Shown: positions 38,687 to 49,326 of the stretch, piece by piece | How the letters are laid out: each line of letters starts with the position of its first letter | How positions within the stretch are numbered: position 1 is the first letter of the stretch | Origin: an uncultured bacterium | Lineage (GTDB): Bacteria; DRYD01 | Assembly (NCBI GenBank): GCA_937139605.1 | Contig: CAKZQG010000043.1 | Coordinates: 6,692-70,691, forward strand | Reading direction: 5' to 3' | DNA length: 64,000 bases | Made by a program: the position numbers and the translations under genes | Notes under the pieces: model-generated | The model's database searches: none | What the model was told of the DNA's origin: nothing | The model's input: only the letters and a program-made list of their open reading frames with translations

Positions 38687-40528
38687 TTAATTCACCTCCA
38701 TTAATTTTATTCCTAATTCTTTTAACTGGATTTCATCAACTTCAGAAGGAGCTTTAGTAAGCAAACATGTTCCACTTTGTGTTTTTGGAAACGCTATAAC
38801 CTCCCTTATACTACTATATCCTAATAATAAAGCAATAATTCTATCAATTCCTAAAGCTATTCCCCCATGGGGAGGTACCCCATATTTAAAAGCTTCTAAT
38901 AAAAATCCAAATTTTTTATTAGCTTCTTCCTCTGTTATCCCTATTATATTAAATATTATTTTTTGAAACTCAATATCAGTTATTCTTATACTTCCGCTAG
39001 CTACCTCAACCCCATTTAATACTAAATCGTAAGCTAAAGATCTAATAGATAAAACCTCTTTAACAAAATTATCATCATAAATAATTTTTGGATCTTTTTG
39101 TAATTCTTTATATATCATATAAACTTTAGGTTTATCTTCTTCTAAAACATTAGTAAAAGGATGATGTTCAGGAGAAATTTTTCTTATTATCTTATCCCCT
39201 ACCTTTTCTTCTTCTACTTTAAAAAGTGGGAAATTATCAACCCAAAGAAAATAAAAATCCTTAACAGGCCTTAATAATTTATTATCTATTAAATAATTCT
39301 TTATCAAAACTAATTCATTCAAATAATTCTTAGAAGAAATAATAAAAACAATATAATCTCCATTAGCAAAATCATTTTCTTTTCTTAAATAACTATCTAC
39401 TTCATTAACATCTACAAACTTAACTAAACTACCCTTAAATTCACCATTACTAGAAATAAAATATAAAAATTTTAAATTATTCTGTTTCAAAAATTCATTG
39501 AGTTTATCTAATTCTTTACGAGTTAATCCTAAATTTTTAAAGAATATGTAATAAGTTTGATTAATATTAAAATTCTCATCATTTAAATTTATTTTAATTG
39601 AATTATTCCATTTTTTAATAGGATAATTATACCTTAAATCAGGTTTATCAGAATTAAAATGTTCAATAGCATATTTATAATCAATAACTTCAAAAGGAGT
39701 ATTTATATCAATCCCTAAATTATTAAGAGCAAATTCTAGTAAATTTTCAACTAATAAAAAGATATCATTTTTAGAAATAAAAGACATTTCTATATCGACC
39801 TGAGTAAATTCTGGTTGTCTATCAGCCCGTAAATCTTCATCTCTTAAGCACTTAGCTATCTGGAAATACCTATCTATACCAGATACCATTAGAATTTGTT
39901 TAAAGAGTTGAGGAGATTGAGGAAGAGCATAAAATTTTCCCAGTTGAAGTCTTGAAGGTACTAAAAAATCCCGTGCTCCTTCAGGAGTAGGTTTAGCTAA
40001 CAAAGGTGTCTCTATTTCTAAGAAATCCTCATTATCCATAAAATCCCTTATATATTTTATAAGCTTATGCCTAAAGAACATATTCCTAAACATCTGTAAT
40101 CTTCTTAAATCTAAATACCTATATCTCAATCTAAGGGATTCATCTATTTTTAAATCCCTTATATCTTTATAGTCATCATTAATCATAAAAGGTAAAGGCT
40201 CACTTTTAGAAAGTATCTTAAATTCCTTAGCAATTACTTCAAAATTGCCTGTAGCTATATTAGGATTGACATTTTCAGCAGGCCGCTCTTTTACTATACC
40301 TATAACTTCTAAAACATCTTCTAAAGATAATTTTTCTATTTTTAGTTCCTTTGGTAAAACTACTTGAACAACACCTGTTCTATCCCTTAAATCAATAAAA
40401 GTAATTCCCCCCATATCTCTAAACCTATGAACCCAACCATATAATTTTACAACTTTATTAATATATTTCTCATTTATTTTACCACACCATACCCTGTCTT
40501 TATAGGTATAATCAATTTGCTTAAGCAT
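38687..40528 (-). CDS. aspS: Aspartate--tRNA ligase
   Basis: FIDLRDRTG OB fold, TPEGARDFLVPSR, ALPQSPQLFKQILM, DEDLRADRQPEFTQVD, HHPFT, PPHGGIALGIDR. Confidence 0.98.
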   Translation of the reverse strand: MLKQIDYTYKDRVWCGKINEKYINKVVKLYGWVHRFRDMGGITFIDLRDRTGVVQVVLPKELKIEKLSLEDVLEVIGIVKERPAENVNPNIATGNFEVIAKEFKILSKSEPLPFMINDDYKDIRDLKIDESLRLRYRYLDLRRLQMFRNMFFRHKLIKYIRDFMDNEDFLEIETPLLAKPTPEGARDFLVPSRLQLGKFYALPQSPQLFKQILMVSGIDRYFQIAKCLRDEDLRADRQPEFTQVDIEMSFISKNDIFLLVENLLEFALNNLGIDINTPFEVIDYKYAIEHFNSDKPDLRYNYPIKKWNNSIKINLNDENFNINQTYYIFFKNLGLTRKELDKLNEFLKQNNLKFLYFISSNGEFKGSLVKFVDVNEVDSYLRKENDFANGDYIVFIISSKNYLNELVLIKNYLIDNKLLRPVKDFYFLWVDNFPLFKVEEEKVGDKIIRKISPEHHPFTNVLEEDKPKVYMIYKELQKDPKIIYDDNFVKEVLSIRSLAYDLVLNGVEVASGSIRITDIEFQKIIFNIIGITEEEANKKFGFLLEAFKYGVPPHGGIALGIDRIIALLLGYSSIREVIAFPKTQSGTCLLTKAPSEVDEIQLKELGIKLMEVN

Positions 40529-40581
40529 ATTATCTACACTCCCCTTTTCTATTTCTTTATGTAAATACTATTTTTAATTTT

Positions 40582-41106
40582 TTAATCAAATAATTTTTTT
40601 AAATTTTGTAATAAAGTTAAGTAAGTTTGTTCTAGAGAAAAACTAATAACTCTAACATCAGAAATAGTAGTCATAAAATTATGATCCCCTATAAATCTGG
40701 GTAATATATGAAAATGAATATGTTGATCAACCCCAGCTCCCGCCGCTCTACCTACATTAGACCCTATATTATAACCATCCATATTATAGCTTATATTTAA
40801 TACTCTTTTTGATAATATTATCAAATCAAAAATTTCCCGTTTTTCTTCGTCAGTTAATAACTCAATATCACTAATATGTCTATAAGGTATAATCATTAAA
40901 TGTCCATTAATATAAGGATATTTATTTAACATAATAAAAGAATAAACAGCTTTATACAAAACCAAGTTTTCAACCGAAGGTTCTATATCTTTAATTTTTA
41001 TATCATTATAATAGCAAAATATACATTTATCAGAAGGATTATTTTTATTATAATTCATTAAATATTCTCCTCTCCAAGGAGCATATAATATTTTTAGTTC
41101 TTTCAT
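40582..41106 (-). CDS. HIT family hydrolase (Ap4A phosphorylase/Fhit-like)
   Basis: APWR, CIFC, LNKYPY..GHLMIIPYRH, NVGRAAGAG..HIHFHILPR. Confidence 0.9.
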   Translation of the reverse strand: MKELKILYAPWRGEYLMNYNKNNPSDKCIFCYYNDIKIKDIEPSVENLVLYKAVYSFIMLNKYPYINGHLMIIPYRHISDIELLTDEEKREIFDLIILSKRVLNISYNMDGYNIGSNVGRAAGAGVDQHIHFHILPRFIGDHNFMTTISDVRVISFSLEQTYLTLLQNLKKLFD

Positions 41107-41114
41107 TTTAATTT

Positions 41115-41993
41115 TTACTTATTTTGTTTATATTGAGGGGGTATAAAAATATCCTCAGGGGGTTTTTTTTCTCTTACAGAAGTATCAAATAAATCATCAG
41201 ATAATCCAACATTAACAGAAATATTTTCCAAATATAAAACCCATGCTAGCTTTTTATTATTAGGATTATCATAAGAGAAATTATAAATAAGAATTTTAGT
41301 AGGGAACGGTCTTCCATCATTTATATAACTTATACCCTTATACACTACCTCTATACCAGTTTGTTCCTTAGAAAAAGGATAGAAAATAAACTTAGCAGGC
41401 AGATAATTATTAGGATCTAAATACATTCTATATCTTTCATACATTTTAGAAGTATCAATGAAACTAATAACAACTAAATTTTTTCCTTTTTCTTGGCCTG
41501 TTCCAATTTGTTCATATCCTACAACTACAGGATATAAAATCTTTTCAACTTCAGGATACCTTAATAAGGGGAAAAATGGGAAATTAACAATTAAAGGATA
41601 TCTATTATCTTTAGATATATTAAGAGGATAAGGAGCATCATTTTTTAAAATAACAGTATATTCTCCATCTTTAATAGTAATTAGGATAACCCCTTCTAAA
41701 GATGAATGATAAACAAATTCAGTTTCTATGCGTAAATAATAAGGTTCCTTATAAAATATTTTTCCTTTACCAATTAAAGGGATATCTTCTTCTTTAGCTG
41801 CTATTTTTTTAGAATCCTTAGATACATCTTGAGCTCTAAATTCATAATCTATAACCATATCCTTTATTTTTGTATATTTTCCAATATAAACTTTTTTAAT
41901 ATAATCAAATGCAGCATTATAAGTAAAACTATTAATTTTTAATAAAAATATAAAAAAAATAAGGAAACTAAAAAGATATTTTTTATTTAACAT
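41115..41993 (-). CDS. Exported LolA-like (outer membrane lipoprotein-sorting fold) protein
   Basis: Signal peptide, GKIFYKEP..LRIET, RMYLDP.NYLP.K, ISVNVGLSDDLF. Confidence 0.55.
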   Translation of the reverse strand: MLNKKYLFSFLIFFIFLLKINSFTYNAAFDYIKKVYIGKYTKIKDMVIDYEFRAQDVSKDSKKIAAKEEDIPLIGKGKIFYKEPYYLRIETEFVYHSSLEGVILITIKDGEYTVILKNDAPYPLNISKDNRYPLIVNFPFFPLLRYPEVEKILYPVVVGYEQIGTGQEKGKNLVVISFIDTSKMYERYRMYLDPNNYLPAKFIFYPFSKEQTGIEVVYKGISYINDGRPFPTKILIYNFSYDNPNNKKLAWVLYLENISVNVGLSDDLFDTSVREKKPPEDIFIPPQYKQNK

Positions 41994-42051
41994 ATAGCCT
42001 TAAATTATAACCTCCATAATTATTTTAGTTAATATAAAAATTTCATAAAAA

Positions 42052-42759
42052 TCAAATTCTATTAATAATAAAAGAGGATACACTAAATATAGCTTGATCT
42101 ATTTCATACCAATCATATAAAGATAAGAATTCTTCATTATACTCAAAATAAGTATCTCTAGGGGTCCTAACAGCATTAGAACTCATTAAAAATTTTCCTT
42201 TAAAAAATAATTTTACTTTATAAATCCTATCAGCAACTCCTACAGGAATATACATATTCCCAACCAATTGAGAACTTTCCATTAACATATGAAGCAACTC
42301 ATTACCGTCTGTTAAATCAAAAACCTTTAAAACCAATTTATCAAAATCACTAATATTATTTACTTCCCAATAAGCAAATATCCAATAAGGATCAATAGGT
42401 AACAAATAAATATAATCTTTATTATATCTGCTAGGAAGATCTTGAATAAAATCACTTTTTAAGCTTTGCATATTAATTAGATTTGCTTGTTCAAAACTAC
42501 TTTTAAGAGTATCTTTAAAAGAATAAACAAAATCTAAATTAACTCTATTTTCATTAAACAAAATGTTATTAGTATCTAATTTTAAAAATTCTTCATTAAT
42601 ATTATTTATTTCCTGTTCTTCCATAACTTTAAACCATCTATAAATTGTACTCTTTGAGATTTTATATTCTTCAGATATTCTTTTTATACTCCAATTATCT
42701 ACTTTGAATCTATACCATAATATTTTAGCTAATTCTGGTAAATCTTTTTTCTTTCGCAT
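42052..42759 (-). CDS. DUF4912-domain protein with N-terminal HTH
   Basis: WSIKRISEEYKISKSTIYRW HTH; LPSRY...LLPIDPYWIFAYWEV; SSNAVRTPRD. Confidence 0.7.
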   Translation of the reverse strand: MRKKKDLPELAKILWYRFKVDNWSIKRISEEYKISKSTIYRWFKVMEEQEINNINEEFLKLDTNNILFNENRVNLDFVYSFKDTLKSSFEQANLINMQSLKSDFIQDLPSRYNKDYIYLLPIDPYWIFAYWEVNNISDFDKLVLKVFDLTDGNELLHMLMESSQLVGNMYIPVGVADRIYKVKLFFKGKFLMSSNAVRTPRDTYFEYNEEFLSLYDWYEIDQAIFSVSSFIINRI

Positions 42760-42786
42760 ACAAATACCCTCCCATAAATAACTATA

Positions 42787-45700
42787 TTAATTCAACATAT
42801 TATTAATAGAATTTAATTTAGCTTTAACAATCCCTATCATTAATCCTTCTTTTCCATAAATAACAATAATATTATTTTTAAAACTCCAACTAAAAATTAT
42901 TCCATTTTCTAACTCTTCATAATAATTATTTATGTCTTTTATAAATTCATATAATTCAGATAAATAACTTATATTTTTATCTTTAAAGACACTATCATTA
43001 CTAAAATAATCCCCAAAATTACTATCTTTAATAACAGCTACTCCATCAATCTTAGGATTATTAATAATATTAAAAATATCCATAGATACTTTATCTAATT
43101 CTTGATTTTTATTCAATTTAATTTCACTTTCTTTAATAGGACTTTCTTTAATAGGAATTAAATCAAGATTTAATTCCTGTTTTAAAAATTGATCTACTTC
43201 AGATTTTATTTCTTTACTTAATTCTAAATCATTTTGTTTAATATCTTCTTTTAACTCAACTCCTTCTTTAAATTCAACTGATTCAATATTTATGTCTTCC
43301 ATACTACTAATTTCTGTATTAGCAATTCCATCTAAATCATTGCTACCTATACTATCTAAATTAATATCATCTAAATTAATATTATCTAAATTAATATTAT
43401 CCAAATTAAGATCATCTAAATTAATATTATCTAAATCTAAAGAATCTATATCTAAATTGAGATTTATATCTACATCAACTTTTTGAGCTTCTTCAAAAAA
43501 TATCTCTTCATCTATATCTATTTTTAATATATCTTTATCTTTTTGTTCAAAAATTTTCTCATCATAAAAAATCTCTTTTTTAATTTCTTCTTTTGTATCT
43601 GGCAATCCTATTTTTCTTATTTCTTCTACTTTTCCAATTTCATTTAGTTCCTTATCTAGTATTTCTTTATTAAATATATCAACTCCATTCATTTTTTGTT
43701 CTTCTTTATTATCAGATAAAAATTGTTTTTGTGATTCTTCCTCGTTTAATATTAACTCTTTTTGTAAATTAATAGCAGCTGGATTAGCATCAGCTACTTG
43801 TGAAAAATCTATTGAATCTATTGAATCTATTGAATCTATTGAAATGCTTCCTAAATTTTCAATCTGTTCTATTTCCTGATTAATTGTTTTTTCAGCATTT
43901 ACTTGCTCAATTTCTTCGGTTATTTCATATTGCTTATTATCAATAATATTTTCTAAATCAAAAGTTGTTTCTATATTGCTAATATCAATATTAGCTAAAT
44001 CATTTCCAAGTAAATTAGATAATTCTAATTCATTTATTTTTTTCACTTCATCCTTATAAGTATTATCAAATTTTTTTATACTATCTTCTTCAAAAATATT
44101 AACTAAATTGCTATCCTTATTAAAACCACTTTTATCTAATTCTTTACTATATTCATTATCAACAAAAGAAATATTTTCCTCAATTATTTTTTGGCTATTA
44201 TCTTCATCCTTAAAAACAATTTCTTCTTTTATTATCTCATCTTTAATTATTTCTTTTTGACTAATATCGTTATAATTACTATCAAGTCCAATATCATTAG
44301 CTTGATCTTTAAAATCATATGTAGCTGTTTCCTCTTTAATAAATAATTCTTGTTTTATATCAAAATTTAAATTAATCTCTTCTATATTTAAGCTAATGTC
44401 TTTTAAATTAACGTTTTCTATTTTTTGTATTACATCTTCTTCCTTTTCCAATTCATTTATTATACTAAAATCTATATCTAAATTAAATTTATTTTTTTGA
44501 TTATTATCAATTATTTCTAGTTTTTGTTGTTCATTAATATCTTTAAATTCTTGGAATTTCTCAATTTGTTCTAATTTCTCAATCATTTCTACTTTCCCAA
44601 TTTGTTCAGACTCACCAACTTGTTCTAACTTCTTAGTATGCTCTGAATTCTCAATTTGCCCTAATATTTGGTTAATTTCTTCAATTTTCCTTAATTTTTC
44701 AGTTTGACTTAATTCCCCTACTTGCTCTAACTCTTCAATTTGCTTCACTTCTTGCTTTTCCTTCTCTATTTGTTCTATTTTATCTGTTTGATCTAAACTT
44801 TCAATCTGTTTTAAGTTTTCTATTTGTTCTATTTTCTCAGCTTGTTCTACTTTCTCTTCTTGTTCTAAACTTTCAATCTCTTTTAAGTTTTCTATTTGTT
44901 CTATTTTCTCTTCTTGTTCTATTTTCTCTTCTTGTTCTAAACTTTCAATCTCTTTTAAGTTTTCCATTTGTTCTATTTTCTCAGCTTGTTCTACTTTCTC
45001 TTTTTGTTCTAAACTTTCAATCTGTTTTAAGTTTTCCATTTGTTCTATTTTCTCAGCTTGTTCTACTTTCTCTTCTTGTTCTAAACTTTCAATCTCTTTT
45101 ATTTTCTCAACTTGTTCCATACCTTCAATTTGTTCTATTTTCTCTGTTTGTATTAAGCTTTCAATTTGCTCTAAAGGCTGTTCTATCTTTTTAATTTGTT
45201 CCAGCTTCTCAATTTGGTCTATCTTTTCAACTTTTTCTAAGTCTTGAATTTGTTTTAAATTTTCAGGTTGTTCTAATTTTTCATGCGATTCTTTTAGTTG
45301 ATCCTTTTCAGTTTCAATTACTTGAGATAATTCAGAAGCTTCCTGTTTTACTTCAATATGCAACTTAGTAAATTCATCTCTTAACTTTTGTAGAAAAACA
45401 TTAAAATTAAGCAATTCATCATAAATAAAATTAATAACAATATAATTATTAAGTATGCCTAAATTATTATCATTAAAAATTATTTGCTTAAAATAAGGGT
45501 CTAAGGAAGCAAAAATCTTTTCATATATCCTTTTTACTTTATTAATTTTCTTAGGCTCTTCAGAATAATATTTTTTTTCTTTAAAAGAATTAATTATATC
45601 CATTGGATTATCAATAACTAATTCAATTTCATTTCTTTTCTTTTCGTCTTCAAAAGGAATTATTTCATTAATATTAGATATTAACTTTGCTTTTAGTTCA

Positions 45701-46062
45701 GTTTTTATTTTAACTAATTGCTCCAAATTTTGATTTACATTTTCAATAATAATATTAATCTCATTTAAATTTAAAGTTTGTAATAAAGCAATATCTTGAG
45801 ATTCTAGATTATCAAAAAACGAATCTTTTTTAGCAGCATATTTTTTATAAAACTCCAAAATATTTAAAAACTTTGTTAAATTATTATTAAATAACTCCAA
45901 TTGAGTTTGATTAAATATACTATAAGAAATTTCTTTAATAAAATTAACAAATTCAGAATCTATAAAATAATTAAATAAAATATTAACTGAAAAAAGTTTA
46001 GGTAATTCTAGGATTTCTTGATTATAAAAAATATCATTATTAAAATTAAGGATATTAATCAC
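42787..46062 (-). CDS. Large, highly acidic, repeat-containing hypothetical protein
   Basis: 1091 aa, E/D/I/Q-rich; 24-aa tandem repeats, (LDNIN)n repeats, small globular C-terminal domain. Confidence 0.8.
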   Translation of the reverse strand: MINILNFNNDIFYNQEILELPKLFSVNILFNYFIDSEFVNFIKEISYSIFNQTQLELFNNNLTKFLNILEFYKKYAAKKDSFFDNLESQDIALLQTLNLNEINIIIENVNQNLEQLVKIKTELKAKLISNINEIIPFEDEKKRNEIELVIDNPMDIINSFKEKKYYSEEPKKINKVKRIYEKIFASLDPYFKQIIFNDNNLGILNNYIVINFIYDELLNFNVFLQKLRDEFTKLHIEVKQEASELSQVIETEKDQLKESHEKLEQPENLKQIQDLEKVEKIDQIEKLEQIKKIEQPLEQIESLIQTEKIEQIEGMEQVEKIKEIESLEQEEKVEQAEKIEQMENLKQIESLEQKEKVEQAEKIEQMENLKEIESLEQEEKIEQEEKIEQIENLKEIESLEQEEKVEQAEKIEQIENLKQIESLDQTDKIEQIEKEKQEVKQIEELEQVGELSQTEKLRKIEEINQILGQIENSEHTKKLEQVGESEQIGKVEMIEKLEQIEKFQEFKDINEQQKLEIIDNNQKNKFNLDIDFSIINELEKEEDVIQKIENVNLKDISLNIEEINLNFDIKQELFIKEETATYDFKDQANDIGLDSNYNDISQKEIIKDEIIKEEIVFKDEDNSQKIIEENISFVDNEYSKELDKSGFNKDSNLVNIFEEDSIKKFDNTYKDEVKKINELELSNLLGNDLANIDISNIETTFDLENIIDNKQYEITEEIEQVNAEKTINQEIEQIENLGSISIDSIDSIDSIDFSQVADANPAAINLQKELILNEEESQKQFLSDNKEEQKMNGVDIFNKEILDKELNEIGKVEEIRKIGLPDTKEEIKKEIFYDEKIFEQKDKDILKIDIDEEIFFEEAQKVDVDINLNLDIDSLDLDNINLDDLNLDNINLDNINLDDINLDSIGSNDLDGIANTEISSMEDINIESVEFKEGVELKEDIKQNDLELSKEIKSEVDQFLKQELNLDLIPIKESPIKESEIKLNKNQELDKVSMDIFNIINNPKIDGVAVIKDSNFGDYFSNDSVFKDKNISYLSELYEFIKDINNYYEELENGIIFSWSFKNNIIVIYGKEGLMIGIVKAKLNSINNMLN
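43354..43435 (-). repeat. 15-nt tandem repeats encoding LD(N/D)(I/L)N pentapeptides
   Basis: Repeated atctaaattaatatt-like units on the plus strand. Confidence 0.75.
44770..45110 (-). repeat. 72-nt intragenic tandem repeat, about 5 units
   Basis: Anchor (t/a)tctaaactttcaatct recurs at 44791, 44863, 44935, 45007, 45079; unit KEIESLEQEEKVEQAEKIEQMENL. Confidence 0.88.
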
Positions 46063-46143
46063 AACTATCCCCTTTTATAATTTTATAAAGTTTTTTAGTT
46101 TATCCTTCTTATTTTAATTAGATTTTCTTTATTAAATAAAAAA

Positions 46144-47622
46144 TTATTGAATAATAGACATTAACTGATTATATAGTTCAAAATATTTTTTACTACTAGT
46201 ATTCCAACTAAAATCAAGTTTCATTAATTTTTTCCTAAACTCAAATATAAAATCTTTATTTTTATATAAACTATGAGCTTTTTTAAGTGCTTCAAATAAT
46301 AAATCAGAATTAGCTTTTTCTATGAGTATCCCTGTTCCATTAGCTCTATCTTCAAATATATCAATTACAGAATCTTTTAATCCCCCTGTTTTAGTAGCAA
46401 TAGGAATAGTACCATACTTATAAGAAATCATCTGAGACAACCCACAAGGCTCAAATCTAGAAGGTATTAAAAAGAAATCAGAAGCAGCATAAATTTTCCT
46501 AGCTAAATCCTCTGAAAATTTTATATTAACACTAACAAATTTAGGGTACTCCACAGCTAACTTTTCTATCTGCTTTTGAATATCTATATTCCCTGTACCT
46601 AAAACAACTAAATAAGCATCTATAGAACTATCCATTAATTTCTTAAAACTATCATAAAGTATATCAAACCCCTTTTGATAATCTAATCTAGCCACTACCC
46701 CAAATAAAGGAATATCTAAATCATAATTATCTAAATTATCCAATAATTTTAAATCCATTAAAAGCCTTAATTTATTTTCTTTTTTACCTTCATTTACATT
46801 ATTAATATCATAATTTTTATATAAGCTATTATCAGTTAGTGGATTCCATAATTCATAATCAATCCCATTAAGAATTCCAACTAATTTATGAGAATTTAAT
46901 TTAAGGATATTTTCTAACCCCATACCAAATTCCGAATAATTTTGAATTTCATTAGCATAATTAGGACTAACAGTAGAAATTATATTACTTAACTCAATAG
47001 CACCTTTCATTAAATTTATCTTAGAATAATACTCACATTTATCTAAAATAAACCTTTTAAAATCAGTATCTATATTTATATTATCTAATATTTCTTTTGA
47101 AAAAATCCCTTGATAAGCTATATTATGAATAGTAAAAATAGTCTTATTAGTTAAATTTAAATACTTAAGATAAAGAATAGTAAAAGAAGTGTGCCAATCA
47201 TGACAATGTATAATATCATAATCACTTTGCTTAATAAAATCAACTACAGCTAAATTAAATACTAAATATCTAAAAAACTCATCTTCAAAGGGTTTCCCAG
47301 TTTTATCTAAATAAATTCCTTCCCTTTCAAATAACTTCTCACTTTTAAATAAATATACTTTAAAATTATTATTACCAAAATTTTCTACTTGATAAATTCC
47401 ATAACTATTATTTAATAGTTTATTTTCTAAAATTTTAACTAATTTTAAATCTTGATTATAAAATTTTTTATAAAGGCTATCAGTTAAACTTCCATAATAA
47501 GGTAAAATAACATCTACTTTAGAATATTTAGATAATTCCTTAGGTAAAGAACCAATAACATCAGCTAAACCACCAACCTTAGCAAACGGAACCATTTCCA
47601 TACTTACCATTAAAATCTTCAT
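46144..47622 (-). CDS. glgA: Glycogen synthase
   Basis: EMVPFAKVGGLADV, IHCHDWHT, FTIHNIAYQG, GILNGID, PSRFEPCGLSQM, TGGLKDSV; ATG at 47622. Confidence 0.95.
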   Translation of the reverse strand: MKILMVSMEMVPFAKVGGLADVIGSLPKELSKYSKVDVILPYYGSLTDSLYKKFYNQDLKLVKILENKLLNNSYGIYQVENFGNNNFKVYLFKSEKLFEREGIYLDKTGKPFEDEFFRYLVFNLAVVDFIKQSDYDIIHCHDWHTSFTILYLKYLNLTNKTIFTIHNIAYQGIFSKEILDNINIDTDFKRFILDKCEYYSKINLMKGAIELSNIISTVSPNYANEIQNYSEFGMGLENILKLNSHKLVGILNGIDYELWNPLTDNSLYKNYDINNVNEGKKENKLRLLMDLKLLDNLDNYDLDIPLFGVVARLDYQKGFDILYDSFKKLMDSSIDAYLVVLGTGNIDIQKQIEKLAVEYPKFVSVNIKFSEDLARKIYAASDFFLIPSRFEPCGLSQMISYKYGTIPIATKTGGLKDSVIDIFEDRANGTGILIEKANSDLLFEALKKAHSLYKNKDFIFEFRKKLMKLDFSWNTSSKKYFELYNQLMSIIQ

Positions 47623-47864
47623 ACTCTTAACCCCCTTTAATTTCAATTAAACTTACTAAAATATTCCCTAATTTCATTTAAAATTTCTTTCAAAAAATAT
47701 TATATATATTATAATTTCACATTAAAAAAAAACTTACCTTCCTTAATTAAAAAATAATTTTTTAAATAATCTCATAATTTTTTAATAGCAGGAGAAAATT
47801 ATAATTTTATCAAAATAAAAATTAGCTACAATAAAAATATTACTATCGCAAATAGGGGGAAAAT

Positions 47865-49163
47865 ATGATAAATATAGAAAAAACAGAATTATTAAAAGAA
47901 ATCGAAAAAATAGAAGATAGTACTAATATTGAAGAAGTATCAGAAATATATTTTAATAATATAAATCCTACTTTAACTAAATTAATAAAATTAGCGGGAT
48001 ATGCAAAAATAGAAAAAAAAGCACAAAACTATAAAATAATAGCCTATGATTCTAAAGAACTAAAAGAATTCTATGATTTTTTAGGGATGTATGGAGTACT
48101 CAATTTAGGGCATTGTAATGAATATATAATAAAAAAAGTAAAAGAACAAATGGATAATTTATGTATGACTTCTAAAGTTTTTCTAAATAGTAAATACGCA
48201 GCACTAGCTAAATTATTAACAGAATTAACAGGTTTAAAATACTTATTTTTAGTTAATTCAGGAACAGAAGCAATAGAAGGAGCTCTAAAATTAGCTATGG
48301 CATCTACTAAAAGAAAAAAAATAATATCTACCTATAATTCTTACCATGGTAAAACCTTAGGAGCACTTAGTGTAAGCGGTAGAGAGATCTATAAAAAATA
48401 TCTTAACCTATTACCAGATATATACTTTGTTGAATATAATAACATAGAACAAATAGAGCAAATAGCAGATAATGAAACAGCAGCCATTATAGTTGAACCG
48501 ATCCAAGGAGAAGGAGGAATAATTATTCCTAACGATAATTATTTACCAAAGCTAAGAGAAATATGTGATAAAAATAACTGTCTATTGATAATAGATGAAG
48601 TTCAAACAGGTTTAGGAAGAACCGGTTACCTTTTTGAATACCAAAGATACAACATAAAACCAGATATATTAGTATTAGCAAAAGCGTTAAGTGGAGGAGT
48701 TATCCCAATAGGAGCTATCTTAGGTAATGAAAAAGCGTGGGAAATTTTTAATGAAAACCCACTCTTTCATACCTCAACATTTGGAGGTAATTCCTTATCA
48801 ATAACAGCAGCCTTAGAAACTATTAAATACACTATAAATAATGATTTACCAAAACAAGCCCAAGAAAAAGGAGAATACTTTTTAAAAAATCTAAAAGAAC
48901 TTCAAACTAAATATCAAGATATAATAAAAGATGTAAGAGGAAAAGGATTAATGATAGGGATAGAACTAATTAATGAAGAATATGCAGCTTCTATTTTCTC
49001 CTATTTAATCCAAAATGGAATCATAACTGCATACACTTTAAACCAACCTAAAGTAATTAGAATAGAACCACCACTTACTATTGAATATCCAATAATAGAC
49101 TTATTTCTAAAAGAATTCAAAAATTCATTAGATTACACAAAAGAATTATTTGAAATACAATAA
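47865..49163 (+). CDS. Class III PLP aminotransferase (putrescine/acetylornithine aminotransferase-like)
   Basis: NSGTEAIEGALK, YHGKTLGALS, VEPIQGEGG, DEVQTGLGRTG, LAKALSGG, HTSTFGGN. Confidence 0.9.
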   Translation: MINIEKTELLKEIEKIEDSTNIEEVSEIYFNNINPTLTKLIKLAGYAKIEKKAQNYKIIAYDSKELKEFYDFLGMYGVLNLGHCNEYIIKKVKEQMDNLCMTSKVFLNSKYAALAKLLTELTGLKYLFLVNSGTEAIEGALKLAMASTKRKKIISTYNSYHGKTLGALSVSGREIYKKYLNLLPDIYFVEYNNIEQIEQIADNETAAIIVEPIQGEGGIIIPNDNYLPKLREICDKNNCLLIIDEVQTGLGRTGYLFEYQRYNIKPDILVLAKALSGGVIPIGAILGNEKAWEIFNENPLFHTSTFGGNSLSITAALETIKYTINNDLPKQAQEKGEYFLKNLKELQTKYQDIIKDVRGKGLMIGIELINEEYAASIFSYLIQNGIITAYTLNQPKVIRIEPPLTIEYPIIDLFLKEFKNSLDYTKELFEIQ

Positions 49164-49326
49164 AATAAATTAAATTTAAGAAAATCAATAAATTAAGAAG
49201 GATATAGGCTAAAATTATATAAATATAATAATGATGCTATAAGCTATATAAAAAGTTATATTAAAAAATAAAATTAAATAAAAAGCAAAAACCAAGATAA
49301 AAAGCAAAGCAAAAGGAGGGATAAAA

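Noticed and set aside
42052-42759. IS transposase, suggested by the N-terminal HTH
   Set aside because: No DDE domain or terminal inverted repeats; the rest of the protein matches DUF4912
44770-45110. 72-nt repeats as a CRISPR array
   Set aside because: The units are contiguous, in frame within a CDS, have no unique spacers, and no cas genes are present
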